A DNA stretch of 64,000 nucleotides, taken from assembly GCA_963702425.1 (NCBI GenBank), contig CAVPCQ010000006.1, positions 128,001-192,000 on the forward strand, read 5' to 3'. The first letter of the stretch is position 1, and each line of letters opens with the position of its first letter. The stretch comes from an uncultured Acidobacteriota bacterium. Its GTDB lineage: Bacteria; Acidobacteriota; Polarisedimenticolia; J045. Of the stretch, positions 63,463-64,000 are shown one piece after another. A model generated the notes under the pieces. It saw only the letters and a list, made by a program, of their open reading frames with translations, had not been told where the DNA came from and did no database searches. A program made the translations under genes and the position numbers.

Positions 63463-64000
63463 ATGAACCGATACGACTTCCAGGCGATCGAAGAGAGGTG
63501 GCAGGAGCGCTGGAAAGAGCGCGCGGCCTTCCGCACGCTCGCCCCCGGCGACCCCGGCTTCGATGGTTCGCGGCCCAAGTTCTACGTGCTCGACATGTTC
63601 CCCTACCCGTCCGGCGCCGGCCTGCACGTCGGCCACCCGCTGGGCTACATCGCGACCGACATCGTCGCCCGCTACAAGCGGATGACCGGGCACAACGTGC
63701 TCCACCCGATGGGCTTCGACGCTTTCGGCCTGCCGGCCGAGCAGTTCGCGGTCGAGCACGGGGTTCACCCGCGGATCACGACCCGGGCCAACATCGACAA
63801 CATGCTGCGCCAGCTCAAGCGGTTCGGGCTCTCGTACGACTGGGACCGCGAGCTGGCAACGATCGACCCGGAGTACGTCCGCTGGACCCAGTGGATCTTC
63901 CTGCAGCTGTTCGAGAGCTGGTTCGATCCAGGCCGGAACGCTGCACGGCCGATCGCGGAACTCGTCGCGCGGCTGGAGCAGGGAGCGCTGTCCGTCGGGC
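63463..64000 (+). CDS. leuS: Leucine--tRNA ligase (3' end runs off the window)
   Basis: [51 protein letters not shown]. Confidence 0.96.
   Translation, partial: MNRYDFQAIEERWQERWKERAAFRTLAPGDPGFDGSRPKFYVLDMFPYPSGAGLHVGHPLGYIATDIVARYKRMTGHNVLHPMGFDAFGLPAEQFAVEHGVHPRITTRANIDNMLRQLKRFGLSYDWDRELATIDPEYVRWTQWIFLQLFESWFDPGRNAARPIAELVARLEQGALSVG

Overview
High-GC core chromosomal region of a diderm bacterium. Gene content suggests Acidobacteriota or a related lineage (inference). It starts with a Cus/Czc-type metal efflux operon. A long, mostly + strand housekeeping block follows: acyP, apt, tRNA-Arg(CCT), ssb, dtd, xerD, accA, mazG, dnaK, hsp20, a sigma-70 factor, a DnaC-like ATPase, lptC/A-lptB-rpoN-hpf, methylmalonyl-CoA mutase, a RomR-like regulator, valS-nadC-birA-coaX, comEC, der, an MglA-like GTPase, scpAB-rluB-rpsA-ihf, miaB and parAB. 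After lptFG the genes switch to the - strand (dnaE, guaA, holA, lptE), followed by a partial leuS. The main observation is a 28-bp XerC/D dif-like site at 53974-54001, at the point where gene orientation and KOPS-like octamer polarity flip, so this looks like the replication terminus. An atypical parA-parB pair ends 57 bp before it, and parB carries an internal 18-bp palindrome. Together these suggest a terminus-linked partition module. Also notable: a DnaD-like protein and a Zn-finger DnaC/DnaI-like ATPase, MglA/RomR polarity homologues, two HU/IHF proteins with insertions at the same position, and a GTAG-type REP cluster. Seven genes carry single +1 insertions that look like sequencing error. 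All family assignments are by eye from motifs; no searches were run.
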